A stretch of DNA of 33,339 bases, the filler included, from an uncultured virus (IMG/VR IMGVR_UViG_2049941000_000888) (Duplodnaviria > Heunggongvirae > Uroviricota > Caudoviricetes). It is 13 parts of one record of this genome, joined end to end, with 100 filler letters (N's around TTAATTAATTAA, not from the genome) between each part and the next. Parts side by side here need not be neighbours in the genome. Positions count along the whole stretch, not along the records: positions 19,365 to 33,339 come from IMGVR_UViG_2049941000_000888; 12 more parts are not named here. The stretch is one strand, 5' to 3'. Positions within the stretch are counted from its first letter, which is position 1, and each line of letters begins with the position of its first letter. The notes beneath the pieces were generated by a model that was not told the origin of the DNA, made no database searches, and saw nothing but the letters and a program-made list of their open reading frames with translations. Below, in pieces: positions 19,555 through 29,892 of this stretch. The translations under genes were made by a program, and so were the position numbers.

Positions 19555-19998
19555 TCATCGGCTGCTATCAGATACTACTTTTGCTTTCAGTACGGAGCTG
19601 TCTTTCTTTATCGGGATCTTCGGCGGATCATTCAGGATCTGATCAAAGAGATCGTCTACAGTGGCGCTTTCCACCTTATGTGTGATGTCCAGTGGCCGGG
19701 CCGGGATCATCATGTCCCAGGTATCCCCTTGTGAAAAGCCCCGGACATTGGATTCGTGTTCAAAGGCCGGAATACCGAATATCTTCTTGTTCATCTCCAC
19801 CGCCTTCTGGAACTTTTCTTCCATGTCTTTGATTTCCTGTGGTTCCTCATCATCCTCCGGCGGGTAGAAATAGCTTTTTCCGCTATTATCTGTTTCCATC
19901 TCCACCTGTTTCCGGGCAATAATCACTTCCTCTGATTTGTTAATGGCGCGGCCCACATAGTTATCCAGGTCAAAGAACAAAACCACTTCTTCGTTCGG
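19555..19998 (-). CDS. C-terminal fragment with VLFFDL motif (paralog family, or tail of a serine recombinase)
   Basis: Open from gap; EEVVLFFDLDNY..YFYPPED..IFGIPAFEH parallels LYLFDL..LPVEW..SFGMEVREH at 24887-25255. Confidence 0.55.
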   Translation of the reverse strand, partial: PNEEVVLFFDLDNYVGRAINKSEEVIIARKQVEMETDNSGKSYFYPPEDDEEPQEIKDMEEKFQKAVEMNKKIFGIPAFEHESNVRGFSQGDTWDMMIPARPLDITHKVESATVDDLFDQILNDPPKIPIKKDSSVLKAKVVSDSSR

Positions 19999-20009
19999 NN
20001 NNNNNNNNC

Positions 20010-20183
20010 CGTCTGCGAGAAACTGTGCTTTTATACTATTTTGAGGACATGACTACAGTGGAAATTGCTGAAACGCTTCATATATCACAGCAAGCTGTTT
20101 CAGGCAGACTAAAACGGGCATTGTCAAAACTACGAGCCATTCTTGGCGATACACTTGAAGGAGATGAACCAGATGATTACTAA
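20010..20183 (+). CDS. ECF sigma factor, region 4 fragment
   Basis: RLRETVLLYYFEDMTTVEIAETLHISQQAVSGRLKRA; close to 32812-33339. Confidence 0.85.
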   Translation, partial: RLRETVLLYYFEDMTTVEIAETLHISQQAVSGRLKRALSKLRAILGDTLEGDEPDDY

Positions 20184-21505
20184 GAAAGACGCTCAGGAAG
20201 CTCTGAATCGATCTCTTTCCGGTCTCCAGAATAATCCGTATCTTGTCCAGAAAATCATTACGGGCACGAAAGAAAAAGTACATAAAAGAAAAAAGTTATC
20301 AAGCTCTGCGATTATTGCTTTTGTTCTGGTCGGTATCATAGCTTCCGCGATGGCCACTGGAATTGCTATCAATGGAAAGCCCTGGGGTGTACTTAATTGG
20401 ATTTTTGAAGCACAGCCCAACAGTACGGCTGTTACTGCTACGCAGAAAATTTATTCGGATTCTGAACAGATTTTGCAGGAGGCTACTGCGTCTCCGTCCG
20501 AAACAGAAGCAATAATTCCAATGGAAGTAGCGGCGATTTCAACAGAAAGCTGCGAATTTGATTTTGCCACACTTTCGATCAGGGAAGCTGTTACAGATGG
20601 ATATGGGATTTATCTGTCCGTAGCGGCAGTTCCTTCAAATCCTGATATTCTTTTGCTGGATTGGAGTATCAATCCGTTTGAGTCTTCTCCGGAGCGTATT
20701 GGACGAGTATCAGATGATCCGGATCAAACAATAGCAGAATGGGCAGTAAATCATGGATATAATCAATTAATCCGGCTCTCCATTGGGTCACCTTCGCCTG
20801 AACCATACACACATGGTCGATTGGTTTCCTCTGAAAAATATGATCCAAATCCGACAATTGCAGATAAACAGATTGTTCAGTCTGACGGATGGTTAAACGA
20901 CTTGATAAGCAATGGCCCGGGCTTTGATTCCTTCATTAATCGGCAAATGGTATTAGAAGAGGATGGGACTTCTCTGATCATGATTGCCGGTGGNNNNNNN
21001 NNNNNNNNNNNNNNNNNNNNNNNNNNNNNNNNNNNNNNNNNNNNNNNNNNNNNNNNNNNNNNNNNNNNNNNNNNNNNNNNNNNNNNNNNNNNNNNNNNNN
21101 NNNNNNNNNNNNNNNNNNNNNNNNNNNNNNNNNNNNNNNNNNNNNNNNNNNNNNNNNNNNNNNNNATTAGCGGAATACGATGGAGAAATCCCGCTGCTGT
21201 CTAATCCTGAGATAACCAGTCATATTCATGTTCAGTTTATACGTACGAGTTTGAATGATTACTGCCTTGCGGAATACAGTGACCCAGATCGTGTATATGA
21301 GCATCTGTTGGTCTATAAGGATGAAACGCCTGGTAGCTTTATTTCTTATAGCAAACTATATGTTTCCTGTTATCAGTTAAACGGAGAAACTATTTCTTTC
21401 CTACGCTCCTGCATTGTTCCCAATGAGTTTCCAGAAACCATCTATCTCCAATGGGTGGACGATTATGAGAACATGAGGCAGACATTTACAATTAATAAGC
21501 AATGA
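20173..21505 (+). CDS. Anti-sigma-like membrane protein (DUF4179-like), gap at 20994-21166
   Basis: MITKKDAQEALNRSLSGL..KRKK + TM; LSIREAVTDGYGIYL; overlaps the sigma stop. Confidence 0.75.
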
Positions 21506-21524
21506 TACGAACTTGTGATTTTGT

Positions 21525-21546
21525 GGCAGCTCCGGCTGCCTTTTTT
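21525..21546 (+). terminator. Rho-independent terminator
   Basis: GGCAGC-TCCG-GCTGCC-TTTTTT. Confidence 0.8.
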
Positions 21547-21550
21547 CGTT

Positions 21551-21608
21551 TGAAACAATCAAAATATCAGGCCGAAACGTCTAATAGATGTGGAGGTTGA
21601 TGAGCATC
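21551..21608 (+). promoter_or_regulatory. ECF-type promoter element and start of the next gene (ATG 21600, MSI..)
   Basis: CGTCTAA at 21578 then GGAGG; the same CGTCTAA precedes the sigma at 32812. Confidence 0.45.
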
Positions 21609-21618
21609 NNNNNNNNNN

Positions 21619-22270
21619 GATCACAGACTGGCATCCGGACGAACCACTCACCGGGTTTGCTCATGTGGATGTGGAAGCTACTGCGGATACCTGGCTGACG
21701 GATGATCCGGATGTAAGCCAATATTCTCAGTTTAAAGTACCGAAGGGCACACAGTTCACCTGTATGGGGCTGTATAATGACTATTATGCTTATGTAGGCG
21801 CGGAAGTGAAGAACGACAAGTTCGTGGATGGAGGGGCCATCATCTGGGGCTTTGTGCCGGTCCGGGATCTGAAGCCGATGGAACAGGAAAAACAACCGGA
21901 GGCTATGGATAAGCTGATCGGTAACTGGAAGGTCTATGCCGGTGGCTCCATGGCGGATGATTATCTGGTTTTCAACAGTGATGGTACCTTCACTGCCGGA
22001 ATGTGGGACTGGGATCTTGATACGCCGGAACGGGTGGAAAATGCAGCCAGAGCTTCAGGCACGTGGTATGTGACGAAATACAATCCTTTTATGAACTTAT
22101 ACTGGAACAAGCCGCCTTATCAGTTGACTTTAATATACAATAATGGCCGGGTAACGATCCGGGGATTGGATTTTGACGATGAAGGATTCAGTCTAACGAA
22201 TGAGGAAGGCGGTGGAGGATATATTCCCGCTACGGAAGATGACGTACAACTGACAGAAGATCATGGATGA
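21619..22270 (+). CDS. Extracellular protein C-terminal part (possible anti-sigma sensor domain)
   Basis: Open frame; WLTDDPDVSQ..YAYVGAEV..WGFVP; acidic, beta-rich. Confidence 0.55.
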
Positions 22271-22315
22271 GGTATTTCGAATAGACAAATATTGATGAAG
22301 TGAATNNNNNNNNNN

Positions 22316-22892
22316 GTCAGGCGGATTGAGAAGCTATTATACCGCATCGCCTGGTCCTATCTGGCCAATAACGCTGATGTGGAAGATGCGGTACAGGATG
22401 CATTGATCAAAGCCTGGGAAAAGAGAGCGTCATTGCGGGATATGAAACAATTCAAACCGTGGATGACCCGGATTCTCATGAACCAGTGCAAGGATCAGCT
22501 GCGCAAGCGCAAAAAGTGGAGCTTCTATCCCCTGGAGGACGCCGCCGCACAGGAAGTGAAACCGCCTGAACCGGATGCCCCGGTGTTGGAGGCAATAAGA
22601 AAGCTGAAACCAGAACTCAGCCTGATCATTACGCTCCATTATGTGGACGGNNNNNNNNNNTGCCGCACAGGAAGTGGAACCTCCTGAACCGGATGCCCCG
22701 GTGCTGGAGGCAATGAGAAAGCTGAAACCAGAACTCAGCCTGATCATAACGCTCCATTATGTGGACGGCTACTCCATACAGGATGTGGCGAGCTCTCTGG
22801 GAATCCCGGAAAGCACGGTCAAAACCCGTATGAGAAGCGCACGGAAACAGCTAAGCAAGACTCTCCTCGTAGAATGGGAGGCAGAATCATGA
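22316..22892 (+). CDS. ECF sigma factor (overlapping variant islands 22316-22650 and 22661-22892)
   Basis: LYRIAWSYL..DVEDAVQDALIKAW..FKPWMTRILMN; LHYVDGYSIQDVA..TVKTRMRSAR. Confidence 0.9.
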
Positions 22893-23242
22893 ACAGCAAT
22901 GAATTCAAAGATAAACTGACATCTGTAGCCCCTGAAGTCCCGGAGCATTTCCATAATCGTGTTGAAATGACGCTGGAGAACATCGTAACGCAGGAGGCAC
23001 AAATGAAAGAGAGTACAAAGCAGGCCATCAAAACCGCTNNNNNNNNNNATGGAAATGACGCTGGAGAACATTGTTTCGCAGGAGGCACAAATGAAAGAGA
23101 GTACAAAGCAGGCCATCAAAACCGCTGGCCGTTTCAGTAGCAAGACAATTGCAATCGCTCTGGCTATTACACTTCTGGCAGGAGCAGTCGCATTTGCGGC
23201 AACACAGTGGAATCTTTTCGCGAGCATTCCTTTCCTGACAGG
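22889..23242 (+). CDS. Anti-sigma-like protein N-terminus (two variant islands)
   Basis: ATGA overlap with the sigma; PEVPEHFHNRV..; TM IAIALAITLLAGAVAFAA. Confidence 0.75.
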
Positions 23243-23252
23243 NNNNNNNNNN

Positions 23253-23464
23253 CAGAACCCGAAACGAAGATCATGGAACTGCGGGATGCGGTGGAAAGAC
23301 TTCCTGAAAAGATACGGCTCCCGTTTCTGCTGGTTTACATGGAAGGATACAGTTCACAGGAAGCAGCCTCCGTTATCGGTATAACACTTTTTGCCCTGAA
23401 GTCGCGACTGAAACGAGCAAAGAAGAACCTACAGATTGAACTCAGAGAGGAGGGAGACTCATGA
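23253..23464 (+). CDS. ECF sigma factor region 4 fragment
   Basis: AVERLPEKIRLPFLLVYMEGYSSQEAASVIG..LKSRLKRAK. Confidence 0.85.
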
Positions 23465-23563
23465 AGCGTTATACTCAAAGTGAATTACGGAAAATGTATA
23501 TGGAACCTTCAGCGGAACTGAAGGATCGCATTCACCAGGAAATATCCTCCCTCCCGATCAAGG
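23461..23563 (+). CDS. Anti-sigma-like protein N-terminus (fragment)
   Basis: ATGA coupling; MKRYTQSELRKMYMEPSAELKDRIHQEISSLP. Confidence 0.6.
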
Positions 23564-23573
23564 NNNNNNNNNN

Positions 23574-24312
23574 GGCGAAGACAAGACCGCTCTCCGCCAA
23601 TGTGAAACGGCTAATGCGTCTTTCCCGCGCTGCGCCGAGAAACTCAGAAGTGACCCGGGAAACAAGACATTTCACTACCAAGGATCTTGCCTGCTGTGCG
23701 AAACAAGGAGAGCTGTTCATGGAAGCAGCATCCATGGGGTTTTCCATGGAGGAATTTGCACCGCTGTTTATGACAAGCCAGATGGCCGGTGTATTCGACG
23801 CCAGCTTCTCCAGTTCGGCAGTTATGGAAAATGAGAATTTATCCAACTTTCTACAGATTCCGGTTTTGCTGAAAAGCCCTGAACTGATTGTGGAATCACT
23901 GTACTGGATTGACGATATCATTTCCCGAGCCCAGGAAGGTGACAACAAAAGCCTGCTGATCACAGAAGCATATCGGGCAGAAAAGCTGAAACTGCCTCAG
24001 GCATTGGCAGAGCTTCCTGCTGAACAGAATCGGAATATTGCGGATCTGTCCTATGCCTATTGGCTTGGCTTCATTTATCGCTGCGAGTGCCTGCTGCATG
24101 AGGAATCCAGCCGGATGGTATATGGGGCTTTCACAGAGAAGATCATGCGGGCTGCTTACGATCGCCTGATGGCCAGCCCTCTCGCGGATGAAAACCTTGT
24201 GGACATCGCGGAAAATATCTGCTCCGATCTGGACAGGCTCTTGGTAGAGAAGATCTGGCCTGCTGAAGAAAAACAGCAACTGCAGCGGCAGGCTGCAGAA
24301 CTGAAACGGTAA
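23574..24312 (+). CDS. Uncharacterised helical protein, related to the N-terminal domain of 6235-6684
   Basis: QGELFMEA..FAPLFMTSQMA; YAYWLGFIYR..ESSRMVY..MRAAY versus EYWAGWALAYY..SFMEIL..LYNPY. Confidence 0.7.
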
Positions 24313-24358
24313 AACGCGCATGAGTGGTCCAATGCGCTGAAAAAGGAGGAATCAAATA

Positions 24359-25255
24359 ATGGATCAGCAGTGGAACCAGCCTGGCTATCGGCCCGGCAAC
24401 AACTACTTCGGCCCTAACAGTCAAGGGGCAGTATCAGGGAAAGTCGGGGGTTATCAGCGCCCGTACCCGGCACAACAACCGCCTCCTGTGAGCCCTACTC
24501 AGCCACGACTTACCCGGGAAGAACAGATGGAAGCAAAGCGTCTGGCAGAGCANNNNNNNNNNTGGAATCAGCCTGGCTATCGGCCCGGCAACAACTATTT
24601 CGGCCCTAATGGTCAAGGAGCAGTTCCAGGGAAAGTCGGGGGCTATCAGCGCCCATATCCGGCACAGCAACCACCTCCTGTGAGCCCTGCTCAACCACGA
24701 CTTACCCGGGAAGAACAGATGGAAGCAAAGCGTCTGGCAGAGCAGGCTAAGTTCACTTTCGACGGATATCAGGTTGTCCGCAGGGAGTTCATTTCACACA
24801 ACTTTGATCCTGCCATGACGATCAAAGGCAACAGCATCACGTTCAACAATTCCTGCATCAGCAAACTGGAAAATGCNNNNNNNNNNCGTGAAGATAAACG
24901 GAGGAGCCGTCAAATCACCTGTACCATCTTCATCGAGAAGTTACGGGAAATGATGGGCTGGGATGATCTGTACCGTTATAGGCTGCAGGGAATGCGGATT
25001 GACCATGACGGAGAACAACTGTACCTGTTTGACCTGAACTCCAAAGAATGCTTCCTGCCGCAGAGCCGTGATCCGGAAACAGGAAAGCTCCGCAGGCCAC
25101 GACCGATTCTCCCTGTCGAATGGCGCGATTCCTTTGGTATGGAAGTCAGAGAACACACCGCGTCCACACAGGTGGATCTTACACAAGGATATATCTCCAC
25201 TGAAGTGATCACCGAAGAAGAAAATGCACCTTTGATTACTGCGCAAATTGAATAA
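24359..25255 (+). CDS. Uncharacterised paralog-family protein with Q/P/G/Y-rich N-terminus (three islands)
   Basis: FDGYQVVRREFISH..ITFNNSCISKL; FIEKLREMMGWDDLYRYRLQG..LYLFDL..DSFG. Confidence 0.75.
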   Translation: MDQQWNQPGYRPGNNYFGPNSQGAVSGKVGGYQRPYPAQQPPPVSPTQPRLTREEQMEAKRLAEXXXXWNQPGYRPGNNYFGPNGQGAVPGKVGGYQRPYPAQQPPPVSPAQPRLTREEQMEAKRLAEQAKFTFDGYQVVRREFISHNFDPAMTIKGNSITFNNSCISKLENXXXXREDKRRSRQITCTIFIEKLREMMGWDDLYRYRLQGMRIDHDGEQLYLFDLNSKECFLPQSRDPETGKLRRPRPILPVEWRDSFGMEVREHTASTQVDLTQGYISTEVITEEENAPLITAQIE

Positions 25256-25282
25256 TGGAGGCGAAAGCGATGNNNNNNNNNN

Positions 25283-25994
25283 GGTACACAGCCATCCTTG
25301 CTGCGCTGTGTGTATTTATCGCAGTCTTTACTTATTTCTTCCATGCCACGAGCATGAATTATATTCTCTGGCAGGATGGCTTGATCGAGGTTGTAGGTGT
25401 CGAAACCGTCAATCCTGCTGAGTATTACAGCGGTGAGGTGTATCTGCCGATAGATGACAAAGCGGCTCCTGTGCCAACTGTTGCTCCTGCTTCCGCGGAG
25501 CAATCCTGTGAAGCTTTGATTCTGAAGGTTAGCAGCTTCATCAACGGGTTTGAGGAGCATGTGGTCGTTGAGGATGACGGCACAACAACTGTCATCCTGC
25601 AGGCATTCAGCACAAATCAAGGTTCCAATCATCAAACCCAGTCGTATTATGAATCAACCTATTATCCTGTACCTGACCGTCTGATTTATGGGTTTGAACA
25701 GCGGCAGGTGCTGCTATGGGGAACTCCTCTGAATGGAGGAACAGTAGTTCTTCCTCGCCTTGCGCTGGGATATTATTTACTGATTGCGGCAGGGTTGTCG
25801 GGATTGCTTGGACTGCTTTGGGTGATTTTCAGAAAATGGGATTACAGCTGGATTCTGCGCCAATTCTTCTTTGTGCCCATTTCCTATATCCTGTCACATA
25901 TTCTTTTGAAAGGCACTAAGACAACAAGCAACTTTATGGAACATGATCTTTTCAGCATCCTGTTGGTAGCGCTTGCTGTATATGCATTCCTTTC
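25283..25994 (+). CDS. Multi-pass membrane protein fragment
   Basis: One TM, an extracellular loop, then LPRLALGYYLLIAA and further TMs. Confidence 0.6.
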
Positions 25995-26004
25995 NNNNNN
26001 NNNN

Positions 26005-26187
26005 TCCTTCCGGCGTCAGCACCATGGAACGGGTCGTGCGGATAAACAGCTTTTGACCCAGTTCCTCTTCCAGCTCCTGGATTTGCCGGGACATGGTGGG
26101 CTGGGTCACATGGAGCACTTCGCTGGCTCCGGTCAGTCCGCCCTCCCGTGCTACCGTCAGAAAATAATTGAGTACCCGAAGTTCCAT
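26005..26187 (-). CDS. LysR-family regulator N-terminus
   Basis: MELRVLNYFLTVAREGGLTGASEVLHVTQPTMSRQIQELEEELG..LFIR. Confidence 0.92.
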
Positions 26188-26380
26188 ATACATCCCTCCC
26201 ATACCATGATGCCAGCCGTGCCCGCTGTTTGTGGCCCGGCTGGACGAATCATTGGCTTTTAGCTAATTTTGTCACCATTATACAGCATTTATTATTGCCT
26301 GAAAAGCAAAAGTTGCTTTGTCTTTTAAGTATTTGCTATTTTAAATGGTGAACTTTACAATATGATCGGGAGGTGAAAAT

Positions 26381-26611
26381 GTGATTGCTATGACTGCAGA
26401 GCAGGTTCATGAATGCCTGGCGGATGCGGGCTGTGACGAAGAACTGATCAAACAGTTCGAAACATGTCAGGGCTCCGGGCGTCAGAAGGAACAGCTGCGG
26501 CTGCTTGGGGATTGTCGCCGCCTCCTGCTGGAAAGAATACACGCGGAACAGAAGAAATTGGATCTGCTGGATTATCTGATCTGGAACGTGAAAACAAAAG
26601 CTTCTTTGTAG
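26381..26611 (+). CDS. Small hypothetical protein
   Basis: GGAGGTG RBS; LADAGCDEE..RRLLLERIHAEQKKLDLLDYLI. Confidence 0.7.
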   Translation: MIAMTAEQVHECLADAGCDEELIKQFETCQGSGRQKEQLRLLGDCRRLLLERIHAEQKKLDLLDYLIWNVKTKASL

Positions 26612-26624
26612 AGGAGGGAAAGCA

Positions 26625-27179
26625 GTGAAAAGATGGATTCCCGTTATGCTGGCAGCGATGATGACCTTGCTCCAGACAGGCGCATTCGCGGAAAGCGATG
26701 ATGAGATCAGGAACTACACCCGATACACGGATTATACCCCGCAGGCTGCGGAACCTGTCGGCCTGATTCCCGGAGAGGATCACAGGATATTGGTTGTCTG
26801 GTTTTCCCGTGTGGGCAATACGATGTTTGATCCGGACGTGGACGTGGTATCAAGCGCCACCCTGAACCGGGGTGAAGGCGGCGAATTGGTCGGCAATGCC
26901 CAGATGATCGCCGGCTGGATCGCCGAGGAGACCAAAGCGGATGTATTCCAAATCCAGACCGCCTACACTTACCCCTCTGATTATTATCAAACCGTGCAGG
27001 TAGGCGAAGGCCAGGATATCGACTTTGTGGATTTGACGCTTGCGACTCACTTGGAGGATGTCAGAAGCTATGACACTGTGTGGCTGGTAGCCCCGATCTG
27101 GCACTACACCGTATGTACCCCTCTGCGGACTTTCCTGGAGGAGACCGATCTCTCCGGCAAAACGGTTTATGTCATGACC
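26625..27179 (+). CDS. Exported flavodoxin-like protein (3'-truncated)
   Basis: Signal peptide; ILVVWFSRVGNT..GNAQMIAGWI..YDTVWLVAPIW..DLSGKTV. Confidence 0.8.
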
Positions 27180-27189
27180 NNNNNNNNNN

Positions 27190-27970
27190 CTATGAGCTTG
27201 CCGGTGATGAATCCTTTCTCAGTGGCAAAGCGGACGTTCGAAAGCGGGAAGAGATTCTGGATCCGGAAAGGTTTTCAGAAATCGGATATCCGCCGGAGGA
27301 TCTGCTGGATTTTATGCAGGAGATGCTTTCTTCCCACGGAATAACAGATGTCGAACTGGTGCTGTATCGTGCAACAGCCCTGGGACCCATGTGTTATGTC
27401 AAACAAGGGAAAACCTTTAACAAAAAATACTCTTTCCCTTGTTCTGTTGCGGACACGACAAAGCCTTGGAAGCATGATACATCCCGGGGATATCATATTG
27501 GTGTGACCCACAAAGTAGCAGGACTGCCCGTATTTCTTTCAGGAACCGTTTACCCCGTCGATTCTGATCATACACGCTCATGGCTATATTATATCGACAA
27601 GGATCATTACAGTATTTGTATAAATTACATCACTGTGGAGGAAATGCTGTCCCCGGATGAAAAGCTTCTTTCCTTTGATGCGCTCGTGGAAATATTGACC
27701 GAACGGATCAGAAATGGAAACCTGCAGACGGTTCTGGAAATCAATCTGGGCTACTATACCCTGGATCAAAACGTTGCCAATCATACGAATGAAACAGTCT
27801 GGCAGCTTATTCCTGTCTGGCAGATTCGCGGGTATGATACATCTCTGGATCAGCTGCTGAACGGCGTACTGTCCACATGCAGCGAAGAGGATCGAATAAA
27901 ATATGATCCTGAGTGTGTGTACAGCATTTATATTAATGCGCTTACAGGCGAGCTCGTGCCAGCTGACTGA
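27190..27970 (+). CDS. Secreted hypothetical protein, C-terminal part (variant of 28889-29338)
   Basis: Shares YELAGDESFL..LGPMCYVK with 29117-29338; LIPVWQIRG..INALTGEL. Confidence 0.7.
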
Positions 27971-28072
27971 TTAAAGATATAATAATGTCATTACTTTCGA
28001 ACTAACAGATCAATGATCTGATTTTAACATTGGACGGATAGCGACGCCAGAGTAAAAATCTGNNNNNNNNNN

Positions 28073-28823
28073 AGGCAATGCTGAAGCGGATCTGGAAGCC
28101 CATCATGTCGGATGGTGGATTGATGCCATCTGGTTCAACGGTAAAGAAATGGCGATGCCCAATAATTCTGGTTCCGTCGTATCCGGAAGCACTGTTCCCG
28201 GTGAAATTATTCACACCGAATACTGGCGTCTGGACAATGAAGGCTTTTCTCTGAACGGCCCGATTCAGATCAGCCTGCCCATCGGAGAACAGCAGGATCT
28301 GGCAGACTACAGCAGAAAGAATCATCCGGAAAAATATGATGTGGACGGCTCTCTAAAGCTTCCGGAGAAGGGTATCGTTACTTTTACCTATGACGCAAAA
28401 GATATTCTGGCGCAGGTGAACACACTCCACCCCGCAGAAGAAAAAGTGCTGCCTGATGTCACTGCGAAGGTGAAGGAAGCTGCATTCTCACCCCTCATGA
28501 CCTATATCACCCTGGATCTGAAGGTGAACCCCGATTCCCTGGCGGCATTCATCAAGGAAAACGGTGAAGGCCCGAAGAATGAGGCAGGCGAAGTCATGTG
28601 GCCTTATGGCGGGATGGACGTGTTCCAGGAGTGGATCTGCAGTCTGGAGCTGGTGGATGGACAGGGCAATCTGGTATTCCCCGGACACGCCGGACAGAAT
28701 GGCTACGGTAACGAGTGGGCTGAATTCCTCTATCCTTATCTGGAAAACATTCCTGCTGAATTGTATCTGGCCCCCATTGAGGATGGTGTGGCAGATATGA
28801 GCCAGGCTGTGCGTGTGAAGTAA
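28073..28823 (+). CDS. Extracellular domain fragment, probable DUF4179-type anti-sigma C-terminus
   Basis: Open frame from gap; VKEAAFSPLMTYITL..LELVDGQGN. Confidence 0.55.
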
Positions 28824-28839
28824 TTCAATTATTATTCCG

Positions 28840-28872
28840 GGAGGGCATGAAGCGATCCATGCCCTCCTGTTT
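28840..28872 (+). terminator. Hairpin/terminator
   Basis: GGAGGGCATG-N8-CATGCCCTCC-TGTTT. Confidence 0.65.
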
Positions 28873-28888
28873 ATGGAGGCTGATTGTT

Positions 28889-29338
28889 ATGGCCAAAAGG
28901 AAAGTAATATGTAGTGTTATCTGCCTTCTTTGTTTGCCCGCGCTCGCATTAGCGCAGGAAACTGTAAGTGTTCTCGAACTGAAAGCGGCTGCTCCGGCCA
29001 GATGGACCTGTGAGATTCAGACAAACGAAGGAGAAACCGTAACGGTTGACGCGCCTGTTCATATCCCTGATGTGGATGCTGTTCCGCTTCAGATGGTCAG
29101 CGAAGCCCCTTTCATTTATGAACTGGCTGGCGATGAATCCTTTCTCGGTGGCAAAGCGGACGTTCGAAAGCGGGAAGAGATTCTGGATCCGGACAGGTTT
29201 TCGGAAATCGGATATCCGCCGGAGGATCTGCTGAATTTTATGCAGGAGATGCTTTCTTCCCACGGAATCACAGATGTCGAACTGGTGCTGTATCGTGCAA
29301 CAGCCCTGGGACCCATGTGCTATGTCAAACGAGGGACA
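28889..29338 (+). CDS. Secreted hypothetical protein, N-terminal part
   Basis: GGAGG then MAKRKVICSVICLLCLPALALA signal peptide; VTVDAPVHIPDVDAVP. Confidence 0.7.
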
Positions 29339-29348
29339 NNNNNNNNNN

Positions 29349-29675
29349 CCAGAGAATACGGTCAAGACCTACTTCAAGCGGAACACAGCTGAGATGCCCG
29401 CCACACCGGAATCCGGTGATGACGGGCATTTTTGTTTGAACTGCGGGGTGCCTGTCAAGCAGATGCCGGGACGGAAGGAAAAGAAATTCTGTTCGGATGC
29501 TTGCCGGAATAAATGGTGGAATGGCCACATGGATCAGGTGAAGCGAAAGAGCTCCCGCAGCTTTACCTGCCCAGTGTGCGGTACAGAGGTTGCCACATAC
29601 GGGACAGCAGGAAAGAAATACTGCAGTCATGCTTGCTACATCCGGGACCGCTTCGGGGGTGTGGATTGCGAATGA
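29349..29675 (+). CDS. HTH/Zn-finger protein typical of recombinase-adjacent modules (5'-truncated)
   Basis: NTVKTY; CLNCG..KKFCSDACRNKWW; CPVCG..KKYCSHACY. Confidence 0.8.
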   Translation, partial: PENTVKTYFKRNTAEMPATPESGDDGHFCLNCGVPVKQMPGRKEKKFCSDACRNKWWNGHMDQVKRKSSRSFTCPVCGTEVATYGTAGKKYCSHACYIRDRFGGVDCE

Positions 29676-29890
29676 CAAAGCAGGAATTCCACGCTGAAAG
29701 TACCTATGCGGTCACTATGAGTCATGTCCTTAGCATGCTCCGGAGTGGGCTGATAACGCCGGAGGAATACCGGTTAATGAACGACCGGATGAAGGAAAAA
29801 TACCGCCCGGTTTCGGACGGATTAATCTTTGAAACTGACTTGATTTTGGTTGGAAAGAGAGCCATTATGTCCGCTGGAAAGGAGGCCTGA
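29672..29890 (+). CDS. Small SHOCT-like protein
   Basis: ATGA coupling; MLRSGLITPEEY..KYRP. Confidence 0.75.
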   Translation: MTKQEFHAESTYAVTMSHVLSMLRSGLITPEEYRLMNDRMKEKYRPVSDGLIFETDLILVGKRAIMSAGKEA

Positions 29891-29892
29891 TA

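Noticed and set aside
22548..23125. Tandem duplications within sigma and anti-sigma genes (also 1927-2299, 16113-16347, 24370-24742)
   Set aside because: Each repeat straddles a 10-N gap; overlapping variant contigs.
23461..24312. Single 283-aa ORF
   Set aside because: Chimera of an anti-sigma N-terminus and an unrelated protein across a gap; the true N-terminus is at 19511.
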